A stretch of 64,000 nt of DNA, taken from contig JAGALS010000016.1 of the NCBI GenBank assembly GCA_017625065.1, positions 26,707 to 90,706 on the forward strand, written 5' to 3'. Origin of the DNA: Clostridia bacterium (GTDB taxonomy: Bacteria; Bacillota; Clostridia; Oscillospirales; CAG-272). The notes below the pieces were generated by a model. It made no database searches and was not told the DNA's origin. It saw only the letters and a program-made list of their open reading frames with translations. Numbering within the stretch: the stretch's first letter is position 1; every line of letters starts with the position of its first letter. Both the position numbers and the translations under genes were made by a program. This document shows, piece by piece, positions 10,454 through 20,611 of this stretch.

Positions 10454-11311
10454 TTACCAAAGATCATCCTGTGAAAGCTCTGCGATGTCACCGTCAACAA
10501 AGCCGGCAGCTGTAAGGTAAGGCTCCACCTGGGAGCGAACATCCCCGTATTCGTGATGCGAATCCGATCCATACGTCACGGGAATCCCCCTTTCAAAAAG
10601 CTCTCTTAAAAACGCCGCGTATTGGTGCTTGAATGTTTCGGTCGCTTTCGCGGAGCAGAAAAAGTGTGAATTGCACTCTACGTATTTGCGATTTTCCTTC
10701 AGCGCCGCCGCAAGCTCCAGATGCATCGATTGGGGAATGACCGAAAAGTCCTCATACCAAATGCCTTTTCCGTGATACCAAGGATGACCGAGGATCGTGA
10801 CGCGCTCATCGCAAGCAAGCCACATCTGCTGGCGGTACCATTCCTTGATGCACGTGTCAAGGTCGGGGGTCAGCTTGCGCCCGTTTGGTACGTCAACGCG
10901 CCAATGGGAAGCGCCGATGGCATAGCGCACGCCAAGCGCGATCAGCTCCTCCTTGGTCTGTGCAAGCTCGATCGCAAAGGGTTTGGAAAGGGTGGGCGCA
11001 ACGTAGCCTTCGCGCGTTTTATGCTGCCTGATGTAATCAAATTCAGGCTTTTCGATGGGGGTCAGCTCGACACCAAGTACCATAAAAGGATACTTTTCCT
11101 GTGCAGCTTTTACGCCGACAGCGGAGCTGTGCAGATCCCCGATGAATTTTTCGTCGTTGAAGTTTGCGTGATCGGTGATGCCGACAAATCGCAGTCCCTG
11201 CGCTTGTGCTTGCTGTGCGATCGCATCGAGCGTGTTCGAGGCATCGTAGGAGTGCTCGCTATGAATGTGCCAATCTGAATGGATCACGGTCTTTTTCCTC
11301 TCAGTTCTCAT
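10454..11311 (-). CDS. PHP-domain phosphoesterase (histidinol-phosphatase-like)
   Basis: DWHIHS, ITDH, GVE, ILGHP, YGSDSHH metal-binding motifs. Confidence 0.8.
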   Translation of the reverse strand: MRTERKKTVIHSDWHIHSEHSYDASNTLDAIAQQAQAQGLRFVGITDHANFNDEKFIGDLHSSAVGVKAAQEKYPFMVLGVELTPIEKPEFDYIRQHKTREGYVAPTLSKPFAIELAQTKEELIALGVRYAIGASHWRVDVPNGRKLTPDLDTCIKEWYRQQMWLACDERVTILGHPWYHGKGIWYEDFSVIPQSMHLELAAALKENRKYVECNSHFFCSAKATETFKHQYAAFLRELFERGIPVTYGSDSHHEYGDVRSQVEPYLTAAGFVDGDIAELSQDDLW

Positions 11312-11409
11312 ATTTAAACGTTTTGGACGAAAAGAACCGATACGAATGGCGTCGTATCGGTTCTTTTGCTTTTCAACGCCGTGGCGTATTTTTTATCCCG
11401 TTTGGGGAC

Positions 11410-12009
11410 TTATTCAAAATCGCGTCTGCCCTCAAGCGCGCGCGAAAGAGTGATCTCATCCGCGTATTCCAGCTCACCGCCGTAGGGGATGCCGTGGGCA
11501 AGACGGGTGACCTTCACGCCAAGGGGGGAGAGCAAACGGGCGATGTACATCGCGGTCGCCTCGCCCTCGATGGTGGCACCGGTCGCCACGATGACCTCGC
11601 GCACAGTCGCATCCTCCAAGCGGAGCAGCAGCTCGCGCAGGCAAAGCGCATCGGGCGTGATGCCACTCATTGGCGAGATCAGCCCGTGCAAAACGTGATA
11701 AACACCGCGGAAGGAGCGCACCTTTTCAAACGCCATCACGGCGCGCGCATCCTCGACCACGCAAATGACCGATTTATCGCGTCCCGCATCGGCGCAGATC
11801 GGGCAAAGCTCGCGATCGGTCAGATTCTGGCAGGTGGGGCAATGATGGATCTTTTCTTTGGCATCCTTGATAGCGGATGTAAAGGCTTCGATCTCCTCAG
11901 GGCTGTATTTGAGGACGGAAAAGGCAAGACGTTGTGCTGTTTTTCGTCCAATGCCCGGTAAACGGGCAAACTGCTCGGTGAGGATGTCAAGTGATTCGAT
12001 ACCCGACAT
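11410..12009 (-). CDS. recR: recombination mediator RecR
   Basis: LPGIGRKTAQRLA, C4 zinc finger, TOPRIM EGEATA. Confidence 0.96.
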   Translation of the reverse strand: MSGIESLDILTEQFARLPGIGRKTAQRLAFSVLKYSPEEIEAFTSAIKDAKEKIHHCPTCQNLTDRELCPICADAGRDKSVICVVEDARAVMAFEKVRSFRGVYHVLHGLISPMSGITPDALCLRELLLRLEDATVREVIVATGATIEGEATAMYIARLLSPLGVKVTRLAHGIPYGGELEYADEITLSRALEGRRDFE

Positions 12010-12010
12010 A

Positions 12011-12370
12011 TCAGAACAGTCCCGGCATACCGCCCATACCGGGGAGGTTCATTGCGCCGGTGATCTTTTCCATTTCGGCGGCGCTCGTATCCTCAACGCG
12101 CTTGATAGCCTCGTTGACGGCGGCGACCAAAATATCGGAAAGGGTCTCGATATCATCGGGGTCGACGATCTCGGGGGCGATATCAAGCGACAGGATCTGC
12201 TTTTTGCCGTTGATCTTAACGGTCACGGCACCGCCGCCGGCAGAGATCTCATATTCGCGCTCTTCAAGCTCAGCCTGCTTTGCCGCCATATCCTCCTGCA
12301 TTTTCTGTGCTTGCTGCAGCATGGCGTTCAGATTTTGTCCGCCTGCGTTTCTTTGATAATTGGCTCTCAT
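12011..12370 (-). CDS. ybaB: YbaB/EbfC nucleoid-associated protein
   Basis: QQAQKMQ, AGGGAVTV, DPDDIETLSDILVAAVNEA; between dnaX and recR. Confidence 0.93.
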   Translation of the reverse strand: MRANYQRNAGGQNLNAMLQQAQKMQEDMAAKQAELEEREYEISAGGGAVTVKINGKKQILSLDIAPEIVDPDDIETLSDILVAAVNEAIKRVEDTSAAEMEKITGAMNLPGMGGMPGLF

Positions 12371-12416
12371 TTGTATGATCTCCTTATAAAATGATACCCG
12401 TTTTGGGGGATATTGA

Positions 12417-14081
12417 TTACTCGTTGCTGTTTGCGGCATCCAAAAGGTCGTCAAGCACGGTGTCATTTGATGCCGCTTCCTTGTCGACGATCTCGATCGA
12501 TAGCTTGACGGTGGAGGCATCCTTTTTCAGCTCAGCGGCGATCGCGCGGCAAAGCAGCTCCTTGGTGCTTGGCTCGTTTAGCATCATTTCAGCAAACGAG
12601 TTCGAAAGCTGCAGCACGACCTGCTCGCTCTCATCAAGGAACGCGCGCGCATCGGTGAGGAAGGAAGCCGCCATTGTGTCTTCGCGCCGCACGCGCTCGA
12701 CACAGTTCATAAATCCGCGGATGCGGTGCAGCACGCGCCCTGCTTGTGCCGAAGCTGTACCGATAGCAGACGGCGTTTGGGAAGCAGTCTGCGACGGCTT
12801 TGTATCGCGCGGCTTGCTTGCAGCAGGTGTGGTTTTGCTTGCGGTCGGTGCGACGGGAACAGAAGCCGGTTGTTTCGAAATTTCAGTAACGGGTGCCGTT
12901 TTTTTGGCAGGAGCCGCAGAAATCACGGGTACACCGGTCGCCACAGCATCCTCTAATCGCTCCACACGGGCAAGCAGCCCCTCAGCTGAGGTGTCGAGGG
13001 TGGGATCACACATCCGCACTAGGGTCAGCTCGGCGATCATCCGCTTGACGGCATTTGCCGATTGCATCGCAAAAAGCGCATCCTCAAGCAAATGGCAGTG
13101 TGCGAGCAAGGTCCCTTTTTTGAAGCGGCCCGCAAGCTCCGTCAGCTTCGCCGTTTCAGTATCGGTCAGATCCAGATAGTTGGTGGCATTTGAAGCAGTC
13201 TTGACCACCAAAAGGTCACGGTAGACCGAGATCAGGTCTTGCCAGAAGACAGTCAGATCACGGGAGGAGGCGACCGCCTCGCTGACGGTTGCAAAGATGG
13301 CATCGTAATCGGCGCTTGCGATCGCCTCTACGATAGAAAGCATTTCCTCTCTGCCGCCCGAACCCATCATTTCGTCCACGGTGGCAACGTCTATTTTTTT
13401 GCGCGTGCCGCCGCAAAGCTCTAAGAGGCTGATGGCATCGCGCATACCGCCCTGTGCCATGCGCGCGATGCGCTCGGCAGCTGCGGGCTCCAGCTCCATG
13501 CCCTCTTGCTGTGCGATGTAGGAAATGCGCGCCGCCAGGACCGAAAGGGAAATGCGGCGGAAATCGAATCGCTGACAGCGAGAAACGATGGTGGCGGGGA
13601 GCTTGTGCAGCTCGGTGGTGGCGAGGATAAAAATGACGTGTGACGGGGGTTCCTCTAATGTCTTGAGCAGAGCGTTGAACGCGCTTTGCGAGAGCATATG
13701 GACCTCGTCCACGATGTAAACGCGATAGCGCAGCGAGGAGGGGGTATACACGACCTCGTCGCGGATGTCACGGATGTTTTCAACGCCGTTGTTGGAGGCG
13801 GCATCCATTTCCAACACGTCGGTGGCGGAGCCGTTGTCGATGGAAAGGCAAGCGGCACACTTGCCGCAGGGACTGCCGTCCACGGGGGAAAGGCAGTTGA
13901 CCGCTTTGGCAAGGATCTTTGCACAGGTGGTCTTACCCGTACCGCGCGAGCCGCAGAAAAGATAGGCGTGGGAAAGGGCATTTTGCGATACCTCATAACG
14001 AAGCACCGAGGTGATATGGTCCTGACCGCAAACGTCATCAAAGGTCTGTGGTCTCCACTTGCGGTAAAGCGCCTGATGCAT
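12417..14081 (-). CDS. dnaX: DNA polymerase III subunit gamma/tau
   Basis: ALYRKWRPQTF, GSRGTGKTT, DEVHML, SRC. Confidence 0.96.
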   Translation of the reverse strand: MHQALYRKWRPQTFDDVCGQDHITSVLRYEVSQNALSHAYLFCGSRGTGKTTCAKILAKAVNCLSPVDGSPCGKCAACLSIDNGSATDVLEMDAASNNGVENIRDIRDEVVYTPSSLRYRVYIVDEVHMLSQSAFNALLKTLEEPPSHVIFILATTELHKLPATIVSRCQRFDFRRISLSVLAARISYIAQQEGMELEPAAAERIARMAQGGMRDAISLLELCGGTRKKIDVATVDEMMGSGGREEMLSIVEAIASADYDAIFATVSEAVASSRDLTVFWQDLISVYRDLLVVKTASNATNYLDLTDTETAKLTELAGRFKKGTLLAHCHLLEDALFAMQSANAVKRMIAELTLVRMCDPTLDTSAEGLLARVERLEDAVATGVPVISAAPAKKTAPVTEISKQPASVPVAPTASKTTPAASKPRDTKPSQTASQTPSAIGTASAQAGRVLHRIRGFMNCVERVRREDTMAASFLTDARAFLDESEQVVLQLSNSFAEMMLNEPSTKELLCRAIAAELKKDASTVKLSIEIVDKEAASNDTVLDDLLDAANSNE

Positions 14082-14121
14082 AAAATGCCCTCCTTCCGAA
14101 TTTAAGAAAATAAGCTGCAAA

Positions 14122-14400
14122 ATAAGACCATACACCCTCCAATCGAACGTCACCTTTGCGCGGAATTCGCCTCTCTCGCTCAGAGCAGGCACCCTCACGG
14201 CACATCAGATGAGCCGCTTAATGCTGCTTGGTTCCCCACCTGACATGGTTCACGGCGTCTGATTGCGTAAGACCCACTCGTCAACACGAAAGAGCACGCT
14301 CCGGACCGCATCGCATCGGTCCTCAAGGAGGGGATCCACCCCTGCTATAGCGGATTTCAGGTGCAGGGCTCCGCTACTTCCCCGGCTGGTATGGCCTTAT
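14122..14400 (-). ncRNA. ffs: large (Alu-containing) signal recognition particle RNA
   Basis: minus strand GGGGAAGTAGCGGAGCCCTGCACCTGAAATCCGCTATAGCAGGG Alu domain, S-domain CATGTCAGG-TGG-GGAA-CCA-AGCAGCA, paired ends, canonical position upstream of dnaX. Confidence 0.93.
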
Positions 14401-14595
14401 TTCACAGCTTACATTATTATTATAACAGAAAAAATCTCTTTTTGCAAGAGGAACAAAAATTTTTATCGTGAATTTTGTGAGATATTTCGACTGTCTTCTG
14501 CGCATCAAATGAGAACCGCGTTTTCTTGTGGGGCGCGTCCTGCCTGATCGGCAAAGCAGAAAGCATAACGCCCTCGCACAGCGAGGGCGTTATGC

Positions 14596-15402
14596 TTATA
14601 CATTCTGGTTTTTCTTCGCTTCGTCTATTTTGACAAAGGCATGATAATATCTTTTGCCAAGCTCGTAGAGGGAACGGCGGGAAAAATGAATTCCGTCTTC
14701 GCATTTACCGCTATTCCAAGGATTTTTTTCGAACTCTTGCGCGTTGGAAAAAAGTCCGTCGGTTTCAACAAATATTCCGTTTCCGCAATCCTTGCATACG
14801 TCCTTGATCGCATTGATGACAGGAGGAGCGGTATCAGGGCGTGCTGTTTTCCATGCTTGTACGACGTCGCCTGCGATAAAGGGCAGATGCGAGGCATTCA
14901 GCTCTGCTCTGGATGAACGGACCAACGTCATTACGTAATCAAAATGCGTTTCATAGGGGATCTTCGCGCAAATTTCGTTTTCTCCCTGATGCCAAAGCAT
15001 AGCAATTAAGCGATTTTGCGGATTCAGAGACAGCGCTGTTTTGGCCATAGAGATCATATTTTGATACAGATCATCCGTGCATTTCCATCGGTTATCCACA
15101 AACCCTGTTCCCCCGACAGCTGCACGAACGATCAAAAGCTTTCTTCCTTCGGCAAGCCGTCCGTTTTGTACGTATTCTTGTGCAAAGCTCAATGCAAAGT
15201 TTGACCGTATCTCGTTTCCACACGCCTTCTCACTATCCGGAGAGATCGTGTATTCTGAAGACTTGAAGTTGTAATTCATACTCCAAACGTTATCGTTTGG
15301 CATATATGCCTTTTCAACCGATCCGTATCCCCAACCCTCTGCATTTGACTGACCTGCCAAAATAATGATATCATACAATTCGTTTTTGAAATTTTTCAGC
15401 AT
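14596..15402 (-). CDS. SASA/CE6-like carbohydrate O-acetylesterase (copy 2)
   Basis: LAGQSNA, WHQGE, DGIHF motifs. Confidence 0.88.
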   Translation of the reverse strand: MLKNFKNELYDIIILAGQSNAEGWGYGSVEKAYMPNDNVWSMNYNFKSSEYTISPDSEKACGNEIRSNFALSFAQEYVQNGRLAEGRKLLIVRAAVGGTGFVDNRWKCTDDLYQNMISMAKTALSLNPQNRLIAMLWHQGENEICAKIPYETHFDYVMTLVRSSRAELNASHLPFIAGDVVQAWKTARPDTAPPVINAIKDVCKDCGNGIFVETDGLFSNAQEFEKNPWNSGKCEDGIHFSRRSLYELGKRYYHAFVKIDEAKKNQNV

Positions 15403-15524
15403 AAAATAACCTTCTGTAAAATCATATTTGCTTTTTTATCGGCATTTGAGGTGGTTCGTTATGGATTGAATGATGCCTATGCGGCCGGAAAGCGTGCGAT
15501 CCGCAGATCCTTCGAACAAGAAAA

Positions 15525-16325
15525 TCACTGATTTTTGTTCGCTTCGCCTATTTTGACAAAGGCTTGATAATATCTCTTGCCAAGCTCGTAGAGGGAGCGG
15601 CGAGAAAAATGAATTCCGTCCTTGCACTCGCCGTTATTCCAGGGATTTTGTTTAAACTCTTGCGCGTTGGAAAGCAATCCGTCGGTTTCAACGAACGCTC
15701 CGTTTCCGCAGTCCTTGCATACGTCCTTGATCGCATTTATGACGGGCAAGGAAATGTCAAGGAAAGACGCTTTCCATTTTGGTACGATATCCGCTGCGAT
15801 AAAGGGCAGATCCGGGGCATTCAGCTCCGCTCTGGATGATCGGACCAACGTCATTAAGTTGTCAAAATGCGTTTCGTAAGGGATGCGTGCCCAAATATCG
15901 GCTTCTCCCTGATGCCAAAGCATAGCGACTAAGCGGTTTTGGGGGTTCAGGGACAGCGCGGTCTTGGCCATCGAGATCATATTTTGGTACAGATCATCCG
16001 TGCATTTCCATCGGTTATCCACAAACCCCGTTGCGCTGACGGCAGCACGAACGATCAAAAGCTTTCTTCCCTCGGCAAGCCGACCGTCCCGTACGTATTC
16101 CTTTGCAAAGCTCAATGCAAAATTTGAGCGTATCTCGTTTTCAAATACCTTTTCCTCGTCCGGAGAGATCGTGTATTCCAAGGGGGTGAAGCTGCAATTC
16201 ATGCTCCAGATCTTATCGCTTGGCTTGTATGCCTTTTCAACCGATCCGATCCCACGCCCCTCCGCGTTTGATTGACCTGCCAAAATAATGACGTCGTATA
16301 CTTCGTTTTCAAAATTTCTTAACAT
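15525..16325 (-). CDS. SASA/CE6-like carbohydrate O-acetylesterase (copy 1)
   Basis: LAGQSNA, WHQGE, DGIHF; collinear paralog of neighbour. Confidence 0.88.
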   Translation of the reverse strand: MLRNFENEVYDVIILAGQSNAEGRGIGSVEKAYKPSDKIWSMNCSFTPLEYTISPDEEKVFENEIRSNFALSFAKEYVRDGRLAEGRKLLIVRAAVSATGFVDNRWKCTDDLYQNMISMAKTALSLNPQNRLVAMLWHQGEADIWARIPYETHFDNLMTLVRSSRAELNAPDLPFIAADIVPKWKASFLDISLPVINAIKDVCKDCGNGAFVETDGLLSNAQEFKQNPWNNGECKDGIHFSRRSLYELGKRYYQAFVKIGEANKNQ

Positions 16326-16365
16326 AAAACACTCTTTTGCAAAATCGATTTTTTGATGCTGTCGG

Positions 16366-18054
16366 TTATTGAACTTCAAACTCGAACAAGCGAAGCTTTT
16401 CACAGCCGTGAGTGGACATAGGGATGAATCGAATGCTCTTGATCTTCCAATCGACTGCGTGGCGCACAAGACGCTGATGGTTGTCGCAAACGCTCAGCGA
16501 GAAGGATTCGCCCTTTGAATTTTCTGCTTCGATCCGATATTCCTTGATCAGCGTTTGCGGCAGCTTGAAGCTGGTTTCGACAAGCGGATAATACCAAGGC
16601 ATATTGCGATACTTGCGGTTCATATCATTGTCAAAAACAAGGCGTATCTCGGAAATGTCCGTATCCTCATCGAACTTGTATTCGATATGATCGCCGTGAT
16701 CTCCGATCCAAAGATTTTCTTCTCCGCGCTCTATGCCGTTTCTGACCACCTCCGCACTGCACTGCGCGTGCTTGGTAAGGGCAGGAACTTCTCTTGTGTG
16801 CCAGGGAATATAGCAGTCATCCGCCATCAGGGTCTGCTGCAATTCGTGGATATCCACGTCCTCGACCTTGTAGCCCTTGGAGACCGCCTGTGCCACTGCC
16901 GTGCCAAGTGCCTGACCGAGAATGGCACACGTAGCCATAACGCGCGAGGAGGAGAGCGCAGCGTGAGTGACGCTGATATTTCTTCCCGCGAAGACAAGAT
17001 TTTCAATGTTGTCGGATATCATGCATCTGAGAGGGAGGCCCCACGGACTTGGCGCGGGATGATAGATGGTGGGATATCCATCTTTGTAGTAAAACCCTTG
17101 GGGGAAATGGTCATCCATCGGCCATCCGCCATAGGCAACGATATCGGGGAATTTTCCCTCGGCCTCCACGTCGTTTTGCGTGACGATATGCTTGCCGAGA
17201 TAGCGGCGGCTTTCGCGCTTGCCCGGAAGAAATTCTATCCACTCAAGCTCCCAATTGTCCACCTTGTAATTTCCGTGGTTTTTCATGTGATCCCACACGC
17301 CGTAGCAGATCTTCAGCAGCTCGTCGCGGCAGCGGTCGGTATCGTGAATGCAATCCCATTCTCCGCCGATCTCGATCCACCAATAGTTGTTGTGTCTGCC
17401 CACGTCTTTGTACGGAAGATCATCGCGGGATTCGTATTTGTACGCCCACGTGGGCGGCGTATATTCAACCTTGTGATCTGTTTCGCGGATCTGAAACAGA
17501 CAGCTCATGCCCATGGTTTTGGAGTCGGCTTCATCCGGCGGGATCGTTTCGTTGAAATCGGATTTTGCCTCTCTGCCATACATGAATTTTGCGCCTGACA
17601 ACGGTGCTAATATCGAATCTCCCGAGCAATCGGCAAAATAGGTCGCGGAAATAATGTGAAAGGTCTCCGCGTTTGATTGCCATGCTTTAATGCTGACGAT
17701 CCGATTTCCGTCCATCGTTGCATCAAGGCAGCTCGTGTTCAGCAACAGCGTCAGATTTTCCTCCGCCTTGGCTTTTTCATATAAAACGCTATCCCAAAGC
17801 GGATACTTCAGCTCTCGGTTTTGATAAAAATTTTCGAGGAAGATCTCTTCAATAATGCCGCCCTCGCGATTGTCCTTGCCTTGGGCTCCGGCAATGCACA
17901 TACGAACCTCGCTGGAAGCATTTCCGCCAAGCACCGGGCGATCCTGAACCAAAACGACCTTGATACCGTGACGCGCTGCCGCTATTGCACAGCAAAGCCC
18001 CGCCATTCCGCCGCCGACGACACACAGATCTGTCTGATAGGTTAAGTTTCTCAT
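16366..18054 (-). CDS. FAD-dependent oxidoreductase (FAD_oxidored family)
   Basis: VVGGGMAG, RPVLGGNASSE, DCSGD, KRESRR, SRVMATC. Confidence 0.88.
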   Translation of the reverse strand: MRNLTYQTDLCVVGGGMAGLCCAIAAARHGIKVVLVQDRPVLGGNASSEVRMCIAGAQGKDNREGGIIEEIFLENFYQNRELKYPLWDSVLYEKAKAEENLTLLLNTSCLDATMDGNRIVSIKAWQSNAETFHIISATYFADCSGDSILAPLSGAKFMYGREAKSDFNETIPPDEADSKTMGMSCLFQIRETDHKVEYTPPTWAYKYESRDDLPYKDVGRHNNYWWIEIGGEWDCIHDTDRCRDELLKICYGVWDHMKNHGNYKVDNWELEWIEFLPGKRESRRYLGKHIVTQNDVEAEGKFPDIVAYGGWPMDDHFPQGFYYKDGYPTIYHPAPSPWGLPLRCMISDNIENLVFAGRNISVTHAALSSSRVMATCAILGQALGTAVAQAVSKGYKVEDVDIHELQQTLMADDCYIPWHTREVPALTKHAQCSAEVVRNGIERGEENLWIGDHGDHIEYKFDEDTDISEIRLVFDNDMNRKYRNMPWYYPLVETSFKLPQTLIKEYRIEAENSKGESFSLSVCDNHQRLVRHAVDWKIKSIRFIPMSTHGCEKLRLFEFEVQ

Positions 18055-18266
18055 AAAACCCCTCCAAAGTGTTAATAGATTACATAATAATTATGGCATA
18101 TATATAGGAAAAAGGAAATAGCATATTGTTTTGAAAATTTGGCATTTTGTCAGGTGATTTTGACCGATATATAATGATAAAAAGGCAGCGCATAAGGCAG
18201 ATCGTATCAAAGCAGACAGAGAAAAGAAGCTTCGATGAGAAAGATCTCTCGTCGAAGCTTCTTTTT

Positions 18267-19751
18267 TTATCCGTGATAGAGCTTTTTGGTTTGATAGCGT
18301 GGCTCGCAGGTCATCTGAATACCAAGCTTTTTCAGGGTGTTCAGGTCGTTTTGCGCAAGGATCACCGAGGAGTGGCCTTCGCAGTGGCGCAGCTCGGGCA
18401 GACATTCAAGCGCACGGCGCGCGGTCTCGTCGCTGACAGCGCAGATCGACAGCGCGATCAGCACCTCGTCCGGGTGCAGACGGGGGTTGTGGTTGCCAAG
18501 GCGCTCGATCTTTAAGGTGGAGACGGGCTCCAGAATATCGGGGGAGATCAGGCGCGTTTCCTTTGGAATGTTGGCAAGCGCCTTCAGGGCATTGAGCAGC
18601 ATTGCGGAGGCAGAGCCAAGGAGCTTGGAGGTCTTTCCGGTGACGATGCGTCCGTCGCGCAGCTGCAATGCAACAGCGGGGGCTTCGGTCTCATCCGCGC
18701 GGGCAAGCGCCGCCGCGATCACGGGACGGTGGTCGGTCTGCAGACCGTCCTTCGCCATCAGAATTTTGATCTTTTCGACCTCTGTGTCATTGTTTTCACC
18801 CTGACGTTGACGGCAAAGCGCCGTATAGTAGCGTCGCAGGATCTCGTCTCTTGCGCCCTCTCGCACGTTCTCGTCGTCAAAAATGCAGAAGCCCGCCATA
18901 TTGACACCCATATCCGTGGGAGATTGATAGGGGCATTCGCCGTAAATGTGCTCAAACATCGCCTTCACAACGGGGAAGATCTCCACGTCGCGGTTGTAGT
19001 TGACGGCGGTCTCACCGTATGCCGCAAGGTGGAAGGGATCCACCATATTCATGTCGTTGAGGTCGGCGGTCGCCGCCTCGTAAGCAAGGTTTACGGGGTG
19101 ATTGAGGGGGAGGCTCCAGACGGGGAAGGTCTCAAATTTCGCATAGCCCGAGCGGATGCCGCGCTTGTTGTCCAGATAAAGCTGGGAAAGGCAGGTCGCC
19201 ATTTTACCCGAACCGGGGCCGGGTGCGGTGACGACCACCAGAGATCTTGTGGTCTCAATGTATTCATTCTTGCCAAAGCCCTCGTCGCTGACGATGGACT
19301 TCACGTCCGAGGGGTAGCCGGGGATCGGGTAATGGCGGTAGACCTTGAGGCCGAGCGCCTCCAAACGCTTCTGGAAGGCACTTGCCGCGCTTTGGCCCGT
19401 GTAGCGTGTCAGCACAACGCTGCCGACGTAAAGCCCAAAGCCGCGGAAGGCATCGATCAGGCGCAGCACGTCCTGGTCGTATGTAATGCCAAGGTCGCCA
19501 CGTACCTTGTTTTTTTCAATATCAGCCGCATTGATAGCGATCACGATCTCGGCTTCCGCCGCAAGCTGCAAGAGCATACGGATCTTGCTGTCGGGGGCAA
19601 ATCCGGGCAGAGCGCGCGAGGCGTGATAGTCGTCAAACAGCTTGCCGCCGAATTCAAGATAGAGCTTGCCGCCGAATTTCTGAATACGCTCGTGAATGTG
19701 AGCGGATTGGGTGCGGATATATTGCTCGTTGTCAAAACCGATTTTAAACAT
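18267..19751 (-). CDS. DUF1846 (UPF0371) P-loop protein
   Basis: KLYLEFGGKLFDDYHASR, APGPGSGKMATCLSQLY, AKFETFP. Confidence 0.9.
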   Translation of the reverse strand: MFKIGFDNEQYIRTQSAHIHERIQKFGGKLYLEFGGKLFDDYHASRALPGFAPDSKIRMLLQLAAEAEIVIAINAADIEKNKVRGDLGITYDQDVLRLIDAFRGFGLYVGSVVLTRYTGQSAASAFQKRLEALGLKVYRHYPIPGYPSDVKSIVSDEGFGKNEYIETTRSLVVVTAPGPGSGKMATCLSQLYLDNKRGIRSGYAKFETFPVWSLPLNHPVNLAYEAATADLNDMNMVDPFHLAAYGETAVNYNRDVEIFPVVKAMFEHIYGECPYQSPTDMGVNMAGFCIFDDENVREGARDEILRRYYTALCRQRQGENNDTEVEKIKILMAKDGLQTDHRPVIAAALARADETEAPAVALQLRDGRIVTGKTSKLLGSASAMLLNALKALANIPKETRLISPDILEPVSTLKIERLGNHNPRLHPDEVLIALSICAVSDETARRALECLPELRHCEGHSSVILAQNDLNTLKKLGIQMTCEPRYQTKKLYHG

Positions 19752-19871
19752 AGAACCCCCTTGGCAGTATCGCGTAAGATCACTGCCGCATCATAAAACA
19801 TAATATAAGTATATCACAATTCTTTCAAAGGAGCAAGCCTTTTTTGCGAAATTTCGACACCAAAGCGTCGG

Positions 19872-20345
19872 TTAATTGAACTCGTCCGCAAGATTGATCA
19901 GCTCGACCTTTTGCTTCAAGGCATAGGAGCAGGTGTAAAGCGTTCCGCCGCCGTTCCGCTGCAAAAAGGCGATGCAGCAGTCGCTCCCGTCCACAAGGGC
20001 ACGGTTGCGCGTGTGCATACAGGTGGGCGTGTAGGCAAGGGATACGTAATCGACCTGATCCGCCTTTGACAAAATGTATTCAAACAATTCTCGCTCGCCG
20101 TCTTTCCAGAGCTTGTTCTGATCACGGCAGGGAAGGATCAGATGCAGCTGACAGTCGGGGCGGCGTTCCTTCAGGGCAAGCACGCGCAAAGCGGCAAGCG
20201 TGTCAAAGCCTCTTGCACCGCCCGTGCGGAATTCGGTGTAGCCATCTTGTGCCATCGCCTCAAGCTTTTGATCAAGGGAACGAGTGAGCGAAACGGCGAT
20301 ATCACCGGGGATCACACGATGACCGGTGAAGCAGCAAATTTTCAA
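19872..20345 (-). CDS. SLOG/YspA-like (DUF1273) protein
   Basis: CCFTGHR, GGARGFD, RNRALVD, GGT. Confidence 0.82.
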   Translation of the reverse strand: MKICCFTGHRVIPGDIAVSLTRSLDQKLEAMAQDGYTEFRTGGARGFDTLAALRVLALKERRPDCQLHLILPCRDQNKLWKDGERELFEYILSKADQVDYVSLAYTPTCMHTRNRALVDGSDCCIAFLQRNGGGTLYTCSYALKQKVELINLADEFN

Positions 20346-20611
20346 TGTTCATTCCCCCTTTTTTAGCGATAGTAACAGTATAGCATAATTTTTGATTTTA
20401 TGAAAGGGGTTTTGCAAAATATTCCTGCGCTTTTCAAAAATCCTTCGCCCCACTGCGACACGCTTTTGCACAGCTGCTTTGGATAACGCATGAAACGACC
20501 TCTGTTTGTGTCAGCTTTGCTTTTTTGACACCAAGATGTGACAAATTTTAAGGCACGTTATGGATAAAATGATACAAAACGGCGTTTGAACGCCCGAGGG
20601 AGGTTTATGCT

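Noticed and set aside
13115-13121. AAAAAAG heptamer in dnaX as an E. coli-like -1 frameshift site
   Set aside because: It is phased AAA AAA G rather than A AAA AAG, and I see no clear stimulatory hairpin.
14222-14246. SRP helix 8 variant TGG-GGAA-CCA instead of TCC-GGAA-GGA
   Set aside because: A compensatory change that preserves the stem and GNRA loop; ordinary variation.
20454-20545. Possible Spo0A boxes upstream of spoIIE (TGCGACA, TTTGACA, TGTGACA)
   Set aside because: Biologically plausible, but all are mismatched 7-mers and too weak to call without a position weight matrix.
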